Below, piece by piece: positions 10,077 to 25,000 of a stretch of DNA of 64,000 nucleotides (position 1 is the stretch's first letter; each line of letters starts with the position of its first letter). The stretch covers positions 32,001-96,000 of the forward strand of contig JBHLMN010000001.1 in the NCBI GenBank assembly GCA_048938105.1. Direction: 5' to 3'. This stretch comes from Promethearchaeota archaeon. GTDB taxonomy: Archaea > Asgardarchaeota > Heimdallarchaeia > Hodarchaeales > Hodarchaeaceae. The position numbers were made by a program, and so were the translations under genes. The notes under the pieces were generated by a model. It saw nothing but the letters and a program-made list of their open reading frames with translations. It had not been told where the DNA came from and made no database searches.

Positions 10077-13000
10077 TATTCAATGAACTCCTGCTTGTAC
10101 TTCCTTCGGAATAATAACATTACTCGTGTAAAAAAGTTACGAGTATTTTCCATTTCCTTTTGCACAACTTTGACATCTGCTTGGCTTGCCATCAATTCAC
10201 GGATCTTTCGTATATTTTCTAGTAATTCGTTTAAGAATTTATTAATATTCTCAAGATTACCAAAGGGAGGTCTAATTACAAAGCAGATTGAAAGATTCTC
10301 TTGACCTCCACGGGCTTCAGGATCAGGAACAGCAAAAGCATACCCAAATACGGTACATCGCTCGCCACCAACTTGAAAGCGGAAAGTGGCATGTTTATCT
10401 TCTTCTGGTTTAGCAACAAATCCTAAGGTTGAAAATGATCTATCTGCAAGCGAAGCAAGCATTGCTTCAGATGTACGCATTTTATCTGGGAAAACAATAA
10501 TTGGTACTGGACCTTTTACTTGATCAAAGAAGTTAGCTACTAAACCAATTGAAATATTGTCATTCTGTTCCCAAACTTCATTATCAGCGACTTTAACCAA
10601 ATCATCCATTATTTTACCCTTGTCAAAGCCGCGAATAGTGCGCAGCCGCTGAACAGTTATGTATGCGAAAGCAAGAAGAATAACAATTATCAATAGAATA
10701 ACAAAAGGATTACTAATAAGCTCAAACGATGCTGGTGGTATGGCAAAACCTTCTGGGGATAAACCCGCTAAGAATTTACTTAATTCTGAATTCGTGATTA
10801 TGCGCTCATTTCCTTCAGAATCTGTTAAACTCAATTTAAACTGAACTGTATTTGAGCTTAAAAAGTCAAGAATGGTGAATTTCTTAGTAAAGGTCTTCTT
10901 ATACAAATAATTTGGACTTTGAAGTAGAGATCCCCCACTCCCACCAGATAAGACTTCATCCAAACTCACTGGTACCCCCTTACCTTTGATATAATAATAA
11001 AGGGTTGCATTATCTATCTGTGCTCCATTGTCTCCTACTTCGATTTCAATGGAAAACTCTCCAAATGGATTATATTTGAAGACACAATCAACTAATTGGG
11101 GACCAGCCTCATCAGTTATTAGAATTGATCCTTTTATTATTCCAGAATTTCCAAAGTTATCAGTTACATTCAGCTGATATTTAACTGTTGCCCCTACATC
11201 AAAGATAGAATTAAACCAAAATTCTCTGGTTGTACCGTTGATTTCACGATAATTCATATTGTGAGGTTCCATCCAAGAGCTAGTAGTAGGATCAAAGAAG
11301 CGAATACTGGCTGTTTCTAGTCCTGACCAGAAATCTGAAGCATTAATTGCAATAGTGAGATTCCCATCACTACTATCGTCATAACGCAATTCAAGAAAAG
11401 CAATTTTAGGAGCAAGACTATCAAAAACTAATTTAGTTGGAAATTCGTAGGAAACAGTATTACCACGTTTATCCTTGATTTGAATTGTATAATTTAACCT
11501 AGCATTATAATAAAAATTGTCACGCACACTAGTTGTATCAGTTGATATAACAATGAAGTAGAATAACCCAGAACTGGTGTTTGTAAAAAGATCCAATGTT
11601 ACTCGCCTCCCTGGGCGGGGGGAGCGCTCAATAGTTAACCATGCAGTAACCTCCTCTATCCCACTACCAAAGTACTTCTCTGGCTTATCATCAGTTACCA
11701 TCACTCCAATACCAAGAGTTCCATCACCAAAATCAATTAATGTTTGTTCTAATAATATTGGCGCTAGAGTATCATACCAGGAAATAGAAACAAATGGATT
11801 AACTTCCTTAATAACAGAGTAGGCTCCTGTCAAACCTGTAATGGGATCATAAGCATCAATAATCTGATACGTATGATTAATAGAATACATCTCATGATCA
11901 GAAAAGAATTTTAATGTTCGATTTACTTCAGCAATCTCTGGTACCATCTCACCGTCCTTCGTTAAGTTGTAGATGAGATTAGTAACGGCTTTATGATCAC
12001 TTTCATATTCAGCAATAAGTGAAATGGTTATTGATTCTCCAGGTTGGAAGATAGTTTCATCGGGGAATTTTATAATAATTCTATCCCAACTAAGACTAAG
12101 GAAGGGAACATCTTCAGTTGTTGATAAAACTTGGAACCCGAGACGTGTCTCATTCACACTAAGACCCCATTTATCAGAAACAATGTCTTCTATCAGAAAA
12201 AGAGCATCCCCAGGTTCATCTTGATAAAGTATTGGGAGGGTAACTGGAACACTTACGTTCCAATATTGTGGTGCTAATGAAATATTCTGATAATAATCAT
12301 GAAGAACTGTAATAACTCCATTAAAGGGTGTATTATCGTATTCATAGTAAGCTTGGATCTGTACAGAACCATGAGTATTTACATTGAAACGTAACAATGA
12401 TCCCCAAGGTTCAGCGAGTGATATGCGGAAGATAACACGATCCCAGATGATCTCAACTCTAATATCTCTAGCTTTTGTAGTTATATGTTCAAAAACTGTT
12501 ATTCCAAATTTCTGATCCTTAAATCCATCTTTTGTAATGTTAAACATGACTTTATTGACAGTATGAGTTATTCCCTCAAATTTAATTCTGTGGTTAACCC
12601 ATACATTATTAGAGGTCTCAGCTGCGGAAACATTATCACGAATAGTAAGTAAAACACCATCCAGTGGAATGGAAAAATCATGTGCGTAAAAAGCTTCAAC
12701 ATGAATTTTACATGAGGTTAGCTGAGGGATGCGAGAATCGGCAGCCCACATACGAACTTGAAACTTAGTCCAAATCACTGTCGCCTTATAATCTGCGTCT
12801 GCAGTCTCATTGATATATGAAAAAACTGATCCAGGATACTCGTATTCCTCTGGATAGGATGAATAGAAGCGATAGGCCTTGTTTGAACCTTCATTCATTT
12901 CATCAGCTATTCTAACATCTAAATTAACTTTAATAACTTCGGAAAATTTGAGTTGAATGTTTATCTGTCCATCAGCGTCATCTATATTTTCCATTTCGTC

Positions 13001-16000
13001 AATGATTTTAATGATTCCAACTTTGGTAGTTCCATTGTGAAAAGTACTAGTTATATTACCACTTCCGTCCGAATGATCAATGGAGAATGGATTTAAGGAG
13101 ACCCATTGACCACCAAGGAACTGCCACAGTTCAATATTAATATTGAAAATTACTCCCCCTGTTTTTACTAATGAAGCTTTGCTAGACCTGTAAATTTGAG
13201 CAGAATATGTCAAATCATACATTCCATTAACATTGAGTACAGAATTGTTATCGTCTTCTGTATTATCATCAACAGCCTCAGTTGTTGCTTGTATTTTGGC
13301 CCATTCAAGGTAAAAACGCCAAGGGGCAAGAGAAAACTGTTTTTCACTATTTCCTTCAGCATAAGCAATGAAGGGACGGCTAGGAGATAATCTATCTGAT
13401 TTTACAGTTATATTTACGAACTCTGACTCATCTGGAGAATACCACAATGTATCTGTAGCATTCCAAGGGGTATGATCCCAGAAGATCGTAACTTTATCAG
13501 TAGTTGGAATTTTTCCAGGAACTTCTAATTTGTAGATTTTGAAACAAACAGTAATTTCATCGCCTACTGAAAGTCGGAAGGTATAATCAAGAGTAGCATT
13601 CACCTCGGTAAAGTTGAATCTACCATAGGGAGTAATAATCCATTCTAATCCTAATAAAGTTACAAAGTCTTTACTTTCCAAGTCAACTTTTGAATTTGTG
13701 ACATTATGTCCAAATTTATCGTTAATTGTAAGAATTAAATTAATGAAATTCAGACCTAGTTCACTGGCTTGAATTGAATCTAACACAAATTCAATAATAT
13801 ACTTACCTGGGGTCGGGGGATCTTGGAAATCGAACCAATCAACTATATTATCCAATGATACATTCTCATTTGCAGATTCCACGTTTATAAGATCCATCCA
13901 AACGAAGTTAGATGCATTTAGGGTGGTAACTGGAGAAATCGTCCCATTGCTATCTTGGACAGTGAAAGTAATATAAAAGGTTGTACGATCATCAGGATCA
14001 AATTCGTGAAGGTCGGAACCAACTCGTGTTGTTTCAATAGTATTAATGGTCATCTGCAAATCATGTCCCTGTATGTATGTTTCACCCCACTCATATAACT
14101 CTGAGATCGGATTCTGGATTCTGAAACGGACAAGGATGTCTCCTACCCAAGATTTCGGAGTAATATCATCAGTAAGAGTAAAATCAAAGAAATAATTACC
14201 TAGTGATGTACTATCATTGTTATCAATCAAATAGGTCAAATCTTGGCCCTTGATGATGAGACACTGCAAATCGGAATTGTCAATAAGATCATAGCTTTTA
14301 TCACCCTTATCCTCAGTTACAGTAAAGTTCACTAAAAAGTAGAAATCACCGTCAACTTCAAATACACGTAAGGATTCTGGTATACTTGCATCTATCACGA
14401 TATCATGATAAATAACAATTCCAGCTGGTTTTTCAGCCGCACTGGTGTTCGATTCGACAACATACTGATAGATACCAGTACCCAATGTCCAAACAAAATC
14501 AAGATCCTTTGAGCCTGTATCAAGATGCTGAGGGAGTTGAATAGTAATGTTATGATATCCATTACCTAAGTGTTCCGCTCCGAGAAAGGTGGCCTGGGTT
14601 TCATTTACCGTGAAAATAATATTTTCTATCGCTAAATTGCCAGTATAAGGAGAATAGTCTTTTTCAAGATACAAGGTGACATTCATAATATCATTGTCTG
14701 TGTTATCAGTTTCAATAATCTCAACATTATCCTCTTCATACTTTATTTCAAGATCATGGTAAATTACGACATCGCTTTTCTGATAGTCAATTTCTACCTC
14801 AATGTTTGAGTCAAGAATAGCCCAAATAAGGCGAAGTTGCTCCCCAAAAGTCGCGCCAATAGTTAAATTTTCTATTGCCGACCTTCCTGGTAAACTAATG
14901 GCTAATGTAAAGTTATGTTCATCAGTAGGAGCCCATATTAAAGAATTAATAGGCATAGAAGTACCAGCAATTTGAACAACGAACTGTGTTTCATTAACCC
15001 GACGATCTATGATGTTATTAGATTTGTTAATTATTTTATTATCATATTCTATCCCAATAATAATATCCCAAACGCCTGGATCGTCAATTTCGACATGTTT
15101 AGGAATATTGTGCTTTAATACAAAGAAACTGAGTGTGTGATAGGTTATTGTCGCATTATACTTAATAGAGTTGTGTACATTATCATAGACCTCTAATTCA
15201 ATAAGGACATTTTGACTGGGAGTGATGTCATTGAATGCAGAATTATTATTCACAGTCCAGTCAGCAAAATCTTCTGATATTATGTTTTGAAAATGATTGC
15301 CTGAAAGGTCTCTAATGGTGATATTTTGTACATCAGAACCAGCATCGAAAGCTTGGCCTGATAAACTAATATTCCCATTCTGATGTAATACCGTATTATC
15401 AAAATATACTGGTTTAGTGTTATCAAATTGAATTGTGATACTTGTTTGATTTGTGTTACCAACGTGGTCATAAGCGGTCAAAGTTAATGTGATAATACCA
15501 TCAGTATCATTTTCTATACCAAAAATAGTACCATCTCCATCCTTACCCAAATCCACTCCCATACGATCAGGACTCCCAGTACTAACCCAATCTAAATACA
15601 CTGTATAAATACCGCTCTTAGGATAGGGACCGTTGGGAAGATCCAAGGGAGCTGATGATATCATGAATCCTGATGTTAAAACACCTTGGTCATACCAATT
15701 ACTATCATTATCCAACTCAGTGCCAATCACATCATAAATGGGATCAGTAACATCAGTAAAGTGGATTGTAGGAGGTGTAGTATCCTTAATCACATGTAAT
15801 CTGACAATATAGGCATTGTAAACATTATCTATTATTGTGAAATCTATGGTGGCTGTAGTATCATCTGAAGTAGACAATGTATAAGTACGTGAATAGTAGA
15901 TTGTTGTGGAAGTAACTTCCTGTACTCCTTCAGTACCAATTCCTGGAAAAGTAATGTTCGCGATTCCTGCAAAAACGGAGCCAGGATCAGTAGCGTTCAA

Positions 16001-19000
16001 TGTAATATTGACAGGAACAGCAGACAATCCCATATTGTCAGAATACCAAAGTTCAGGAATGAAACCATTAGTATTATAGGACTCAAGATCTTGTGTTTCA
16101 TGAACAAATAATGATTCAGGAGTTTCTTCAATGCTGATAATGAATCCTTTGGGTTTGGTGTTGTCTCTTCTCACTTCCAAGGATGTGGAGGCAGAATTAC
16201 CACAATTATCAAAACTCGTGAAAGTCATGAACCCGGAACTAGAACTAGCATTAGAAATATAATAAGTTTGAGTGGGATTGGTCGTATTAAAAACAGTTGT
16301 ATTAAAGAATGTAGGAAATCTTATTCTGTACAGCCCCGAATCAGAGGGAAAAGTACTATCATTTGTAGTGACAGTAATCTGGAAATCAATGTCGAATGGC
16401 ATTCTATTACTGTACCAGAGGATTTGAGTCCCATCTTTCAAATAATGAGTATAATCGGTATGTTCATCAATAGCCATTTTTGCTAAATCAATCTTTGGAG
16501 GATCATTATCACGATGACAAATCAAATTGATTGGGAATGTGTTACCAACGTTGTCATACAAAGTTAATTCTAATTGTCCTTCAGTAGCATAATCAGATTT
16601 CGAAATAAAATAAGTTAACCAGTAATAATCAGAATAATCGTTATCAAAGACACCACTATTATTGAAATCGTCCTCACCCACTATTTTTTGTAAACTAGCC
16701 CCAACCACATTATCTGAAGCTGTGACGCTAATGGAGAAACTAACACTGAAAACCTGATCATTAGAGTAATAGAATTCCCCAGAAGTACTATTGTAATATA
16801 AATGTGGAGATGATTCAACAACTTCTTCTATACTCCCACTAGGCGCCACATTATCTTCAATACAAGTTAAATCAATGGAATTGTTATTTCCAACGCGATC
16901 GTAGAGCCAGATACGAATATAACCATTTGAAACTGGATCACCCAAATCGACAGTATAGTTCAATTGATAATAATTCTGAGGTAAGTAACTAGGGTCACCC
17001 GAAATAGGATCATTGAAATCTGCTTCTCCAGTAGCGTTAAATCGGCCAGCACCACCAGTATCACTACCTGTTATTTGAATAGTGAATTGATCACTCATTG
17101 GTTGATCGTTTGAGAAATAAAACTTTTTAGAACTGTCATTATAGTAGAGATAGGGAGAAGTCTCAACAACTGTATTTATGCTTATAGAAGGTTTTGTATT
17201 ATCTTTCTGTAATGTTAATGTGGTAGATCTAGAGTTCATAACTTGGTCATAGACAGTTATTGTGATCTGGTCTTCAGGGGCAGTTTCATCCTTCATTACA
17301 GTATAATCAACCAAGTAATATCCTTGAGAATAATCTGAGGATGATGGGGAGTCAGTAAATGCCATACTACCATCGACACGCATTAATCCACTAATCAGGT
17401 CATTAGATGTTATATTAATACTGAATTGCTCATCCTGAGAGCTATGCCAATTGGAATAGTATAATGTCGTTCCTGAATAGTAAAGTAAGAAACTATCTTT
17501 AATGATACCCTCAATAGTGACAAATTCTGGTCTATCATCATCGAGAATGCAACTAAGATTTATATTTTTACTGTTTCCTACATTATCAAATACTGTGAGG
17601 GTAATTTTACCACCTGAGGCAGATTCACCCGTACCCACATTATATGTCAAGTTATAGAAACCACCAGATTCTTTAAAACTACTAGCAAATTCATTAAAGT
17701 CAAAACTCCCTGTGACATTCTGAATTCCGCTTGATGATTCAATTGCAGTCAAATAAATGATGAAGGGGTCATTCATTGACTGATCACTTGAATAATACAA
17801 TGTTCCATCATAATACAGATAGTCTGAGAATGAATCGTCAACATTCACAATTGTTAGAGGATCAGGGGGATCATTATCATTAGCAAGGGGTAATGAGTCA
17901 GTAGCGCTGTTTCCAACTAGATCATAACCAGTTATAGTGATGCTAGCTCCCTCTAAATCATCTTTATCTACAAAATAATACAAGCTATAATAACCTGCAG
18001 TATAATCAGTAGAAGAATCAGTTTCAAGGAAGGCAGTTCCAGTCGCGTTGACTCGCCCACTCCCACTTCCATCGTCAACTGTCACACGAACTTCAAACAA
18101 TTCGTGCATTCCTACATGATAATTAGAATAATAGAGCATTGTGTTACCAACATTATATAGAAACTCCGATGACTCAATAACACTCATAATATCAACAACA
18201 GGGTCAGTTACATCTTGTACAACTTGAACAAGAGATTCAACGTTACTAGTGCGATTTGACGCATCAACAGCATAAGCTTGAACCCAAATCCCATTGGTAG
18301 TTAAGCTGTTGACCCAAAAGACAGCTGTGTCAACGACATCTTGACTTGCGACAGCCCCAGAATCAAAATCCTCAAAATGTACAAAACCCCCAGTCATTCC
18401 ACTTCCGCTATCGACTGCATTAACTGTAACGTTAAATCCAGCGTGGGAATTCCCCATCTTGTCACTGAAGTATAATTTTTTGTCAGCTGCATTTGCATAT
18501 ATTGTCCAGCTTAAATTCAATTCAGTAATTGTTGAAAGGGAGATTTCTGGAACATATTCGTCCACAAATAACCACATCTGAGTCCAGCTACTGTACCATT
18601 CTGTACTGTCTTTAGCTCTAATGAAGATGCTACGATTGCCCTCTGTACCGAAATCATAATTTATGAGTTTGTTTGAGAGATAATAATTATTCCCATCATT
18701 TGACCACTGAAGATCAGCGAAATTATATACTTGTATGATAGCATTCTGATCACTATAAATGCTAATTTGATCCAGTGGAGCAACAGATGTATAATTGAAA
18801 TTTAGGATGAAATCTGTTCCATCCCAGTCATAGATAGTAGTATCCGAAATATATTGTTCATTACCTAAAACAGAAGCTGTAGCGATAGCAGGACCGTTCT
18901 TTGTTAGGAGAAAATTGAAACCTGATGTCCCTGGAATATAATTATGAGTGAAAACATTTCCTGCTTCATCTGTTACTCTCAGGTCTATTGTATTCGGACC

Positions 19001-22000
19001 ATTAAAGAGCGTATCAATCCAATTCAATATTTGCCAATCATCAGTAAAATCGATTAAAGATGGATCGGATGAATAATCAAAAATTGTGTACCATCCACTA
19101 CCATCATCTGTCTGATACTCAGCGCTGAAAAGACCACTAAAGAACGATGGTGATCCTAATCCGCTAACATCAAAATCAATATCAAAATAAATACTTGCAT
19201 TGTCATTGATGCTATAATACACATCAGTTGTTTTTCCTGCTTCAAGGAGTTCATCGTCCCCTCCTAGAAATATTATCCAATTATAGGAGATACTAGGATC
19301 AGTATCGTCGTGCCAAACCTGAACACTATACTTATTTCTATTTCCAACTCGATCTGAAACATAAACTGTCAGTGTGACATTTGCATTATCTATGGTTGTT
19401 ATATTGAAGGTATTACGCCATGTATTACCACCAGGAGCTTCATTAACAAATGATTGATTGGGAGAACCGATATAACTGGAAATTACTTCATCAAATTCAG
19501 TAAAAGCATAGGAGTTCGTGTCGATTCCACTTTTATAGGTACCTCCATTATCAAAAACGTTTCCTCCAAATAGCGAGACCCCTCCATCTGTTTTATTCCA
19601 TACTTTACTGTCTGGATATTCAATAGTAATGGTTGGAGGAGTGTTATCCACAATACAGCTGAGATTTATGGTGTTGTAATTTCCTACATGATCAAAAACT
19701 TTGATTACGATTTTCTCATCGTCCCCTACATCTTCATCATAACTTACAATATATGAAAGATTGTATCCATTAGAATAACTAAGATCAAAGCCAAATTCAC
19801 CAAAATCTAAGCTGCCTGTAGCATTTTGAAGCATTGAAATAGGATCACTAGCCAAAATAATGACATAAAACTCCGAATCTAATCCAATAGTATCATTTGA
19901 ATAAAACAAACCTATTCCTGGTTCATAATAGAGATTAACAGCATTTTCTCCAACTGATTCAATAGCTAGACCTGAAGGTGGAGTATTATCCAATGTACAA
20001 GGTAAGCTTGTCGTTTTAGAATTCCCAACACGATCAAAGAAGTAAATTGACACACTTCCTTCGCTTGCATATCCCCCATAATCAACATAATACTCTAATT
20101 CATAATAAGTAGTGTAATCAGTGTCACCAACATCAAAACTGTTAAAATCATCCTCACCAGTGGCATTCAACTTCCCAGCACCACCTGAATCACTACCGAT
20201 GACTCGGATAGTGAATTTCTCATGCATGCCAATGGTATGGTTAGAATAATAAAGGACTCCTCCAGAGTAATGAAGGTATTCACTGTCCTCTATGACTGTC
20301 TGGATAGCAACATAAGGTTCAGTTATATCCAAGAATGCATTAGTTTTGTTGCTTGCGTAGTTTCCAACCTTGTCATAGACGTAGAATCGAATTTCGTTAT
20401 CCGAAGCAGTCTCACCAGAATTAACATAATAAACCAATGAATATCCCCATGATGGAAGGTATTCTGTAGAGTTATGTTGTTCGTTAAAATCAATTGATCC
20501 ATTAACACTTCGTAACCCCGCACCAGTACCGTCAGATGCTGTTATATTAATCCTAACAGGATCATTCATAGGATTTTGGTTATTGTAGAAAAGAGTATTC
20601 GTAGATGTAGCATAATATAGATAATATGAGTTATAAACTTGGACAGAGTCTATATGGATAAACGTTGGGGCAATGTTGTCCTCTATACAGGTTAAATTGA
20701 GTTCAAGATAATTACCAACACGATCATAAAGCTTAATTGTAACATTCTCGTCTGATACGCCGTCATTCTCATCTATTGTATATACTAATTCATAATAGGT
20801 CGAATAATCAGTATCCCCGACTCCTGAGTCTAAAAACTCATATTCTCCAGTTGCATTAAGACGACCTGATTGGTTAATCCCTACGTCAGTACTAGTAACA
20901 CGAATAGTAAAACTATCACTCATGCCTTGATTATTGCTGAAATAGAACCTCTCAGTACCATCATTATAAAACAGGTGAGGGGAGGATTCAATTATTGTAT
21001 CTATATCCCCAGTAGGGGCAGTATTATCTAATCTGCAAACCAAATTAATTGATTCGTTATTACCAACACGATCAAAGATGAATAGCTGGATATATCCCTT
21101 GGTAGCAATGTTTCCTGGATCAACCGTATAATCTAGCTCATAATAATTCCCAGGGAGGTAACTAATGTCACCTGGTTTTGGATCGCCAAAATCGGGTTCA
21201 CCAGTCGCGTTCAATCGGCCAGCATCATCATCAATGCATGTGATTCGAATGGTGAAACTTTCACTCATTGTGGGATTCTGGTTAGAGTAATATAACTCCT
21301 TAGAGGATCCATTGTAATACAAGAAATCAGAGGATTCAATTACATCAAGAATACTCAAGCTATGCGGGCTAAAATTATCTTTGGTGCAATTTACAGGTCT
21401 TGACTCATAATTATTCACATTATCGTAGACTGTTACGCTAAATTGTGTTGGAGAGGTTTCTTCATAAGAAACAGTATAACTAATCAGATAATAGTCATTA
21501 GTATAGTCAGAACTGGATGGTTGTTCCCCAAAAGCCGTACCCCCTTTTACAATCAATCTACCACTTGCTAAATCTTCACAGGTAATATTTACGTTAAAAA
21601 CTTCATTTTGCAAAGTTCTATAGTTTGAATAGAACAGTATAGTCCCATCATAGTAAAGGAATTCACTACTTTCAATAATACCTTCTATCTGAATTTGGGC
21701 TGGAGGATCATCATCTAGAATTGCAGAGAGTTCATAATTATTATTGATATTCCCCACACGATCATAAACAGTGATTATTATCTTATTATCTACCCCCGCA
21801 GTTTCAGACTCACTGACAGTATATTGGATCCAAAACTGGCCTGTGCTATTTGTAGTTGTAAATGGTGTGGTCTCACCAAAGTCACTTGACCCAGTAACAT
21901 TTTTCACACCGCTACTCCGTTCAGTCACATTCAGCTGTAATGTGAATTCATCATTCATGCTTTGGTCAGATGAATAAAAGAAAATCTTCTTAGTCTCATC

Positions 22001-25000
22001 ATAATATAAGTAATCACTATTTTCTTCGAGATGATGTAAGACAACTAAGACTGGAGGATCATTATCTAGGACACTGGTTAAATTAACTGTAGCGCTGTTC
22101 CCTACACGATCATAAACCCATATGATTGTCTCATTGTTCGTTGCATTTTCTGATTGACCAATATTATAATGCAATACATAATTTGAGACATAATCACTAT
22201 CTGATACACCCACGTCTCCAAAATCATTTTCTCCTGTAGCATTGAAAAGCCCTACACCAGACCCGTCATGGGCTGTCACAAAAATACTAAACTGTTCGTT
22301 CATTTCCTGATCATTAGAGTAATAAAGAGTGTGATTTTGTAGCGTTATGTTATAATAGAGGTATTCAGAAGAGTAGGTGTCCACATATTCAATCGTTAAT
22401 GACTTCGGCGGTGTATCATCTAAATTTACTTGAAGAGTATATTCATTACTGTTGTTAACACGGTCGTAAATTGTTATAGTAATACCTCCTGAAGTTCCCT
22501 CACCTGTATCAATAACATAGGGTAATTGATAATAATTTTCGGGTGTATAACTCAAATCAGAAGGAGTTGAGCCAAATTCTAATGATCCTGTCGCCTTGTG
22601 CAAGCCACTTTGAGAATCGCTAGTTGTAATCCTTATAGTGAATGAATCGCTCATTGTTTGGTCACTAGAATACCAAAGTATCTTTGTACTTGAATTATAA
22701 TAGATATTACAAGATGATTCTATGATTCCAATGATAGTAGGTTGTGCGGGAGGAGTTGCATCATTAACACAAGTCAAGTAAAAAGTTTCATTATTTCCTA
22801 CATTATCATATACATTTATAGAAAGAAGGTTATTGCTAGCGCTCTCTCCTGCTTCAATACCATATTGTAAGGAGAAATATCCGTCTGAGGAGGTGGTATT
22901 ATGCTGTTCTCCAAAATCGTAAGACCCATTACCACTAAATAAGCCACTATGAATATCCTTCGCAGAAATCTTTAATGTGAAAATTTGGGGAGATATAATG
23001 CTTGGATCATTGGAGTAGTATAAAGTAGTACCAGTATAATGAATAAAAACACTGTCTTCTGTAAGCTCAGAAAATGCCAGATTCTTTGGACCAGTATTAT
23101 CCAAATACAGGTAGAATGAGGTAGTATTTGAATTCGCAACGTTATCCCACACCTTTATGGTGACTGAACCATTGTGTGCTCCATTCAGGGCTGTATAACT
23201 ATAATTCCAAAAGTCTAATGCATAATTTGTATCATATCCCCCTGAACTAAATCCAGCACCGATATCGGGGAATGAAGCATTACGAAGACCTGCACCCCCA
23301 GTATCAACTGAAGTAACCTTTACCGTAAACTTTCGAGGCCCTTTATCAGTACGAACATTAGAGTACCATAAGATCGCTGTGGTTCCACTAACATAATGGA
23401 GGTATTCAGCTAGCAAATCCTCTGTAATCTCATGAATATTGACACTGGAGGGGCCTTCATTGTCAGATACGTAAGGTACATCAACTTGACGTGAATTATT
23501 AACACGATCAATGAGAAAGATACGAATGAATCCAGTAGTGTATTGTTCTGAGTCTAGAGAATCAATTTCATAATCAAAGCTCCAATATGTCCCATAATTC
23601 GGACTAAATGTACTTCCAAATGCATTTTCGGATATTATCCGATGAACTCCCACTCCTCCGCCATCACTTGCTGTACCATTAATTGTCATGGTTTGCACAG
23701 AAAGCATATTAGCACTAAAGAAGAACTGAGTCCCATCATCATGGAGATAATCACTTTCATGGTCATTAAAGAATAAACTAGTCTTGTGTGGTGGAGTATG
23801 ATCTACATAAATTGGAAGAGAAGTAGAATTTTTATTTCCTACTTTATCATATGTCTCAATTACTATTGAAGTGCCATTAAAAGCAGTATCACCAGGATCA
23901 ATTGAGTAAGTCAATACATATTGATAAGATGTAGTACTAGGAGATTCCCCAAAGTATAAACTACCATTAGCAAGTAATCTTCCCGATTCAGAGGATGGTT
24001 CAGTGTTATTTATGTAAATTGAGAATGTTTCACTTGAAAGGGAAAGTGTACTAACATACAAAGTTAAACTCCCTGAATCATTTTTCAGATAGATATAATT
24101 TGACCCCTCAATAACTTGATCAATAAATACATCCTGAGGGGCTTTATTATCTAAAGTTGCGGTTAAATTAACAGTATTCCAGTTTCCACACAAGTCATAA
24201 ACAGTATAAACCACTTTTCCTTCAGTAGCATAATCAGATTGACTAATTATATAGCTAAGTTCATAATAACCCTTTGGAAGGTAATTAATATCATTAATGT
24301 TGGTATCGTTAAATTCATTTTCTTCTCCTGTAGCGTTTTTCAGTCCCACCTTTGCGTCTGCAGCTGTTATCCTAATAGAAAACGATTCATCCTGAGGTTG
24401 ATCATTACTATAAAACAGAATTTTGCGTGACACATCATAATAGATGAATGGACTTGTTTCAATAACATTTGTAATTAGAAGACTGCTAGGTGGATCATTG
24501 TCTTCTAGACATAATAATTTCACAATTTCGTTATTCCCTACTTGATCAAAGACCCATATTGTGATATTTGTCGTAATCGGCTCTAATTCATTTATATTAA
24601 TCTGATATGTTAAATTGTACCCCTCATCATAAGTGGTATCCAGTCTTACTGTTTCTCCGAATTTAGCTTCTCCAGTAGCGTTTAATAGCCCAGCTCCTGT
24701 CCCATCATCGGCAGTTACTTGAATTGTAAAGTCTGCAAACATAACCTGATCGTCCGAATAATACAGCCTCTTGGTTCCTGTTGAATTATAATAAAGATGT
24801 TCGGTTGTTGTATATACATAATAAATTACTGGAGTGGGAGGATTATTGTCAAGTTTGACTGTTAGATAAGAAGTTTCATTGTTTCCAACTAAATCATACC
24901 CTGTTATTGCTACACTACCTCCTTCGAATTCGTTATAGTCTACCCAATACGTGAGTTGGTAATAATTATTCGAGTAGTCAGAAGAAGTATCTTGATCGTT

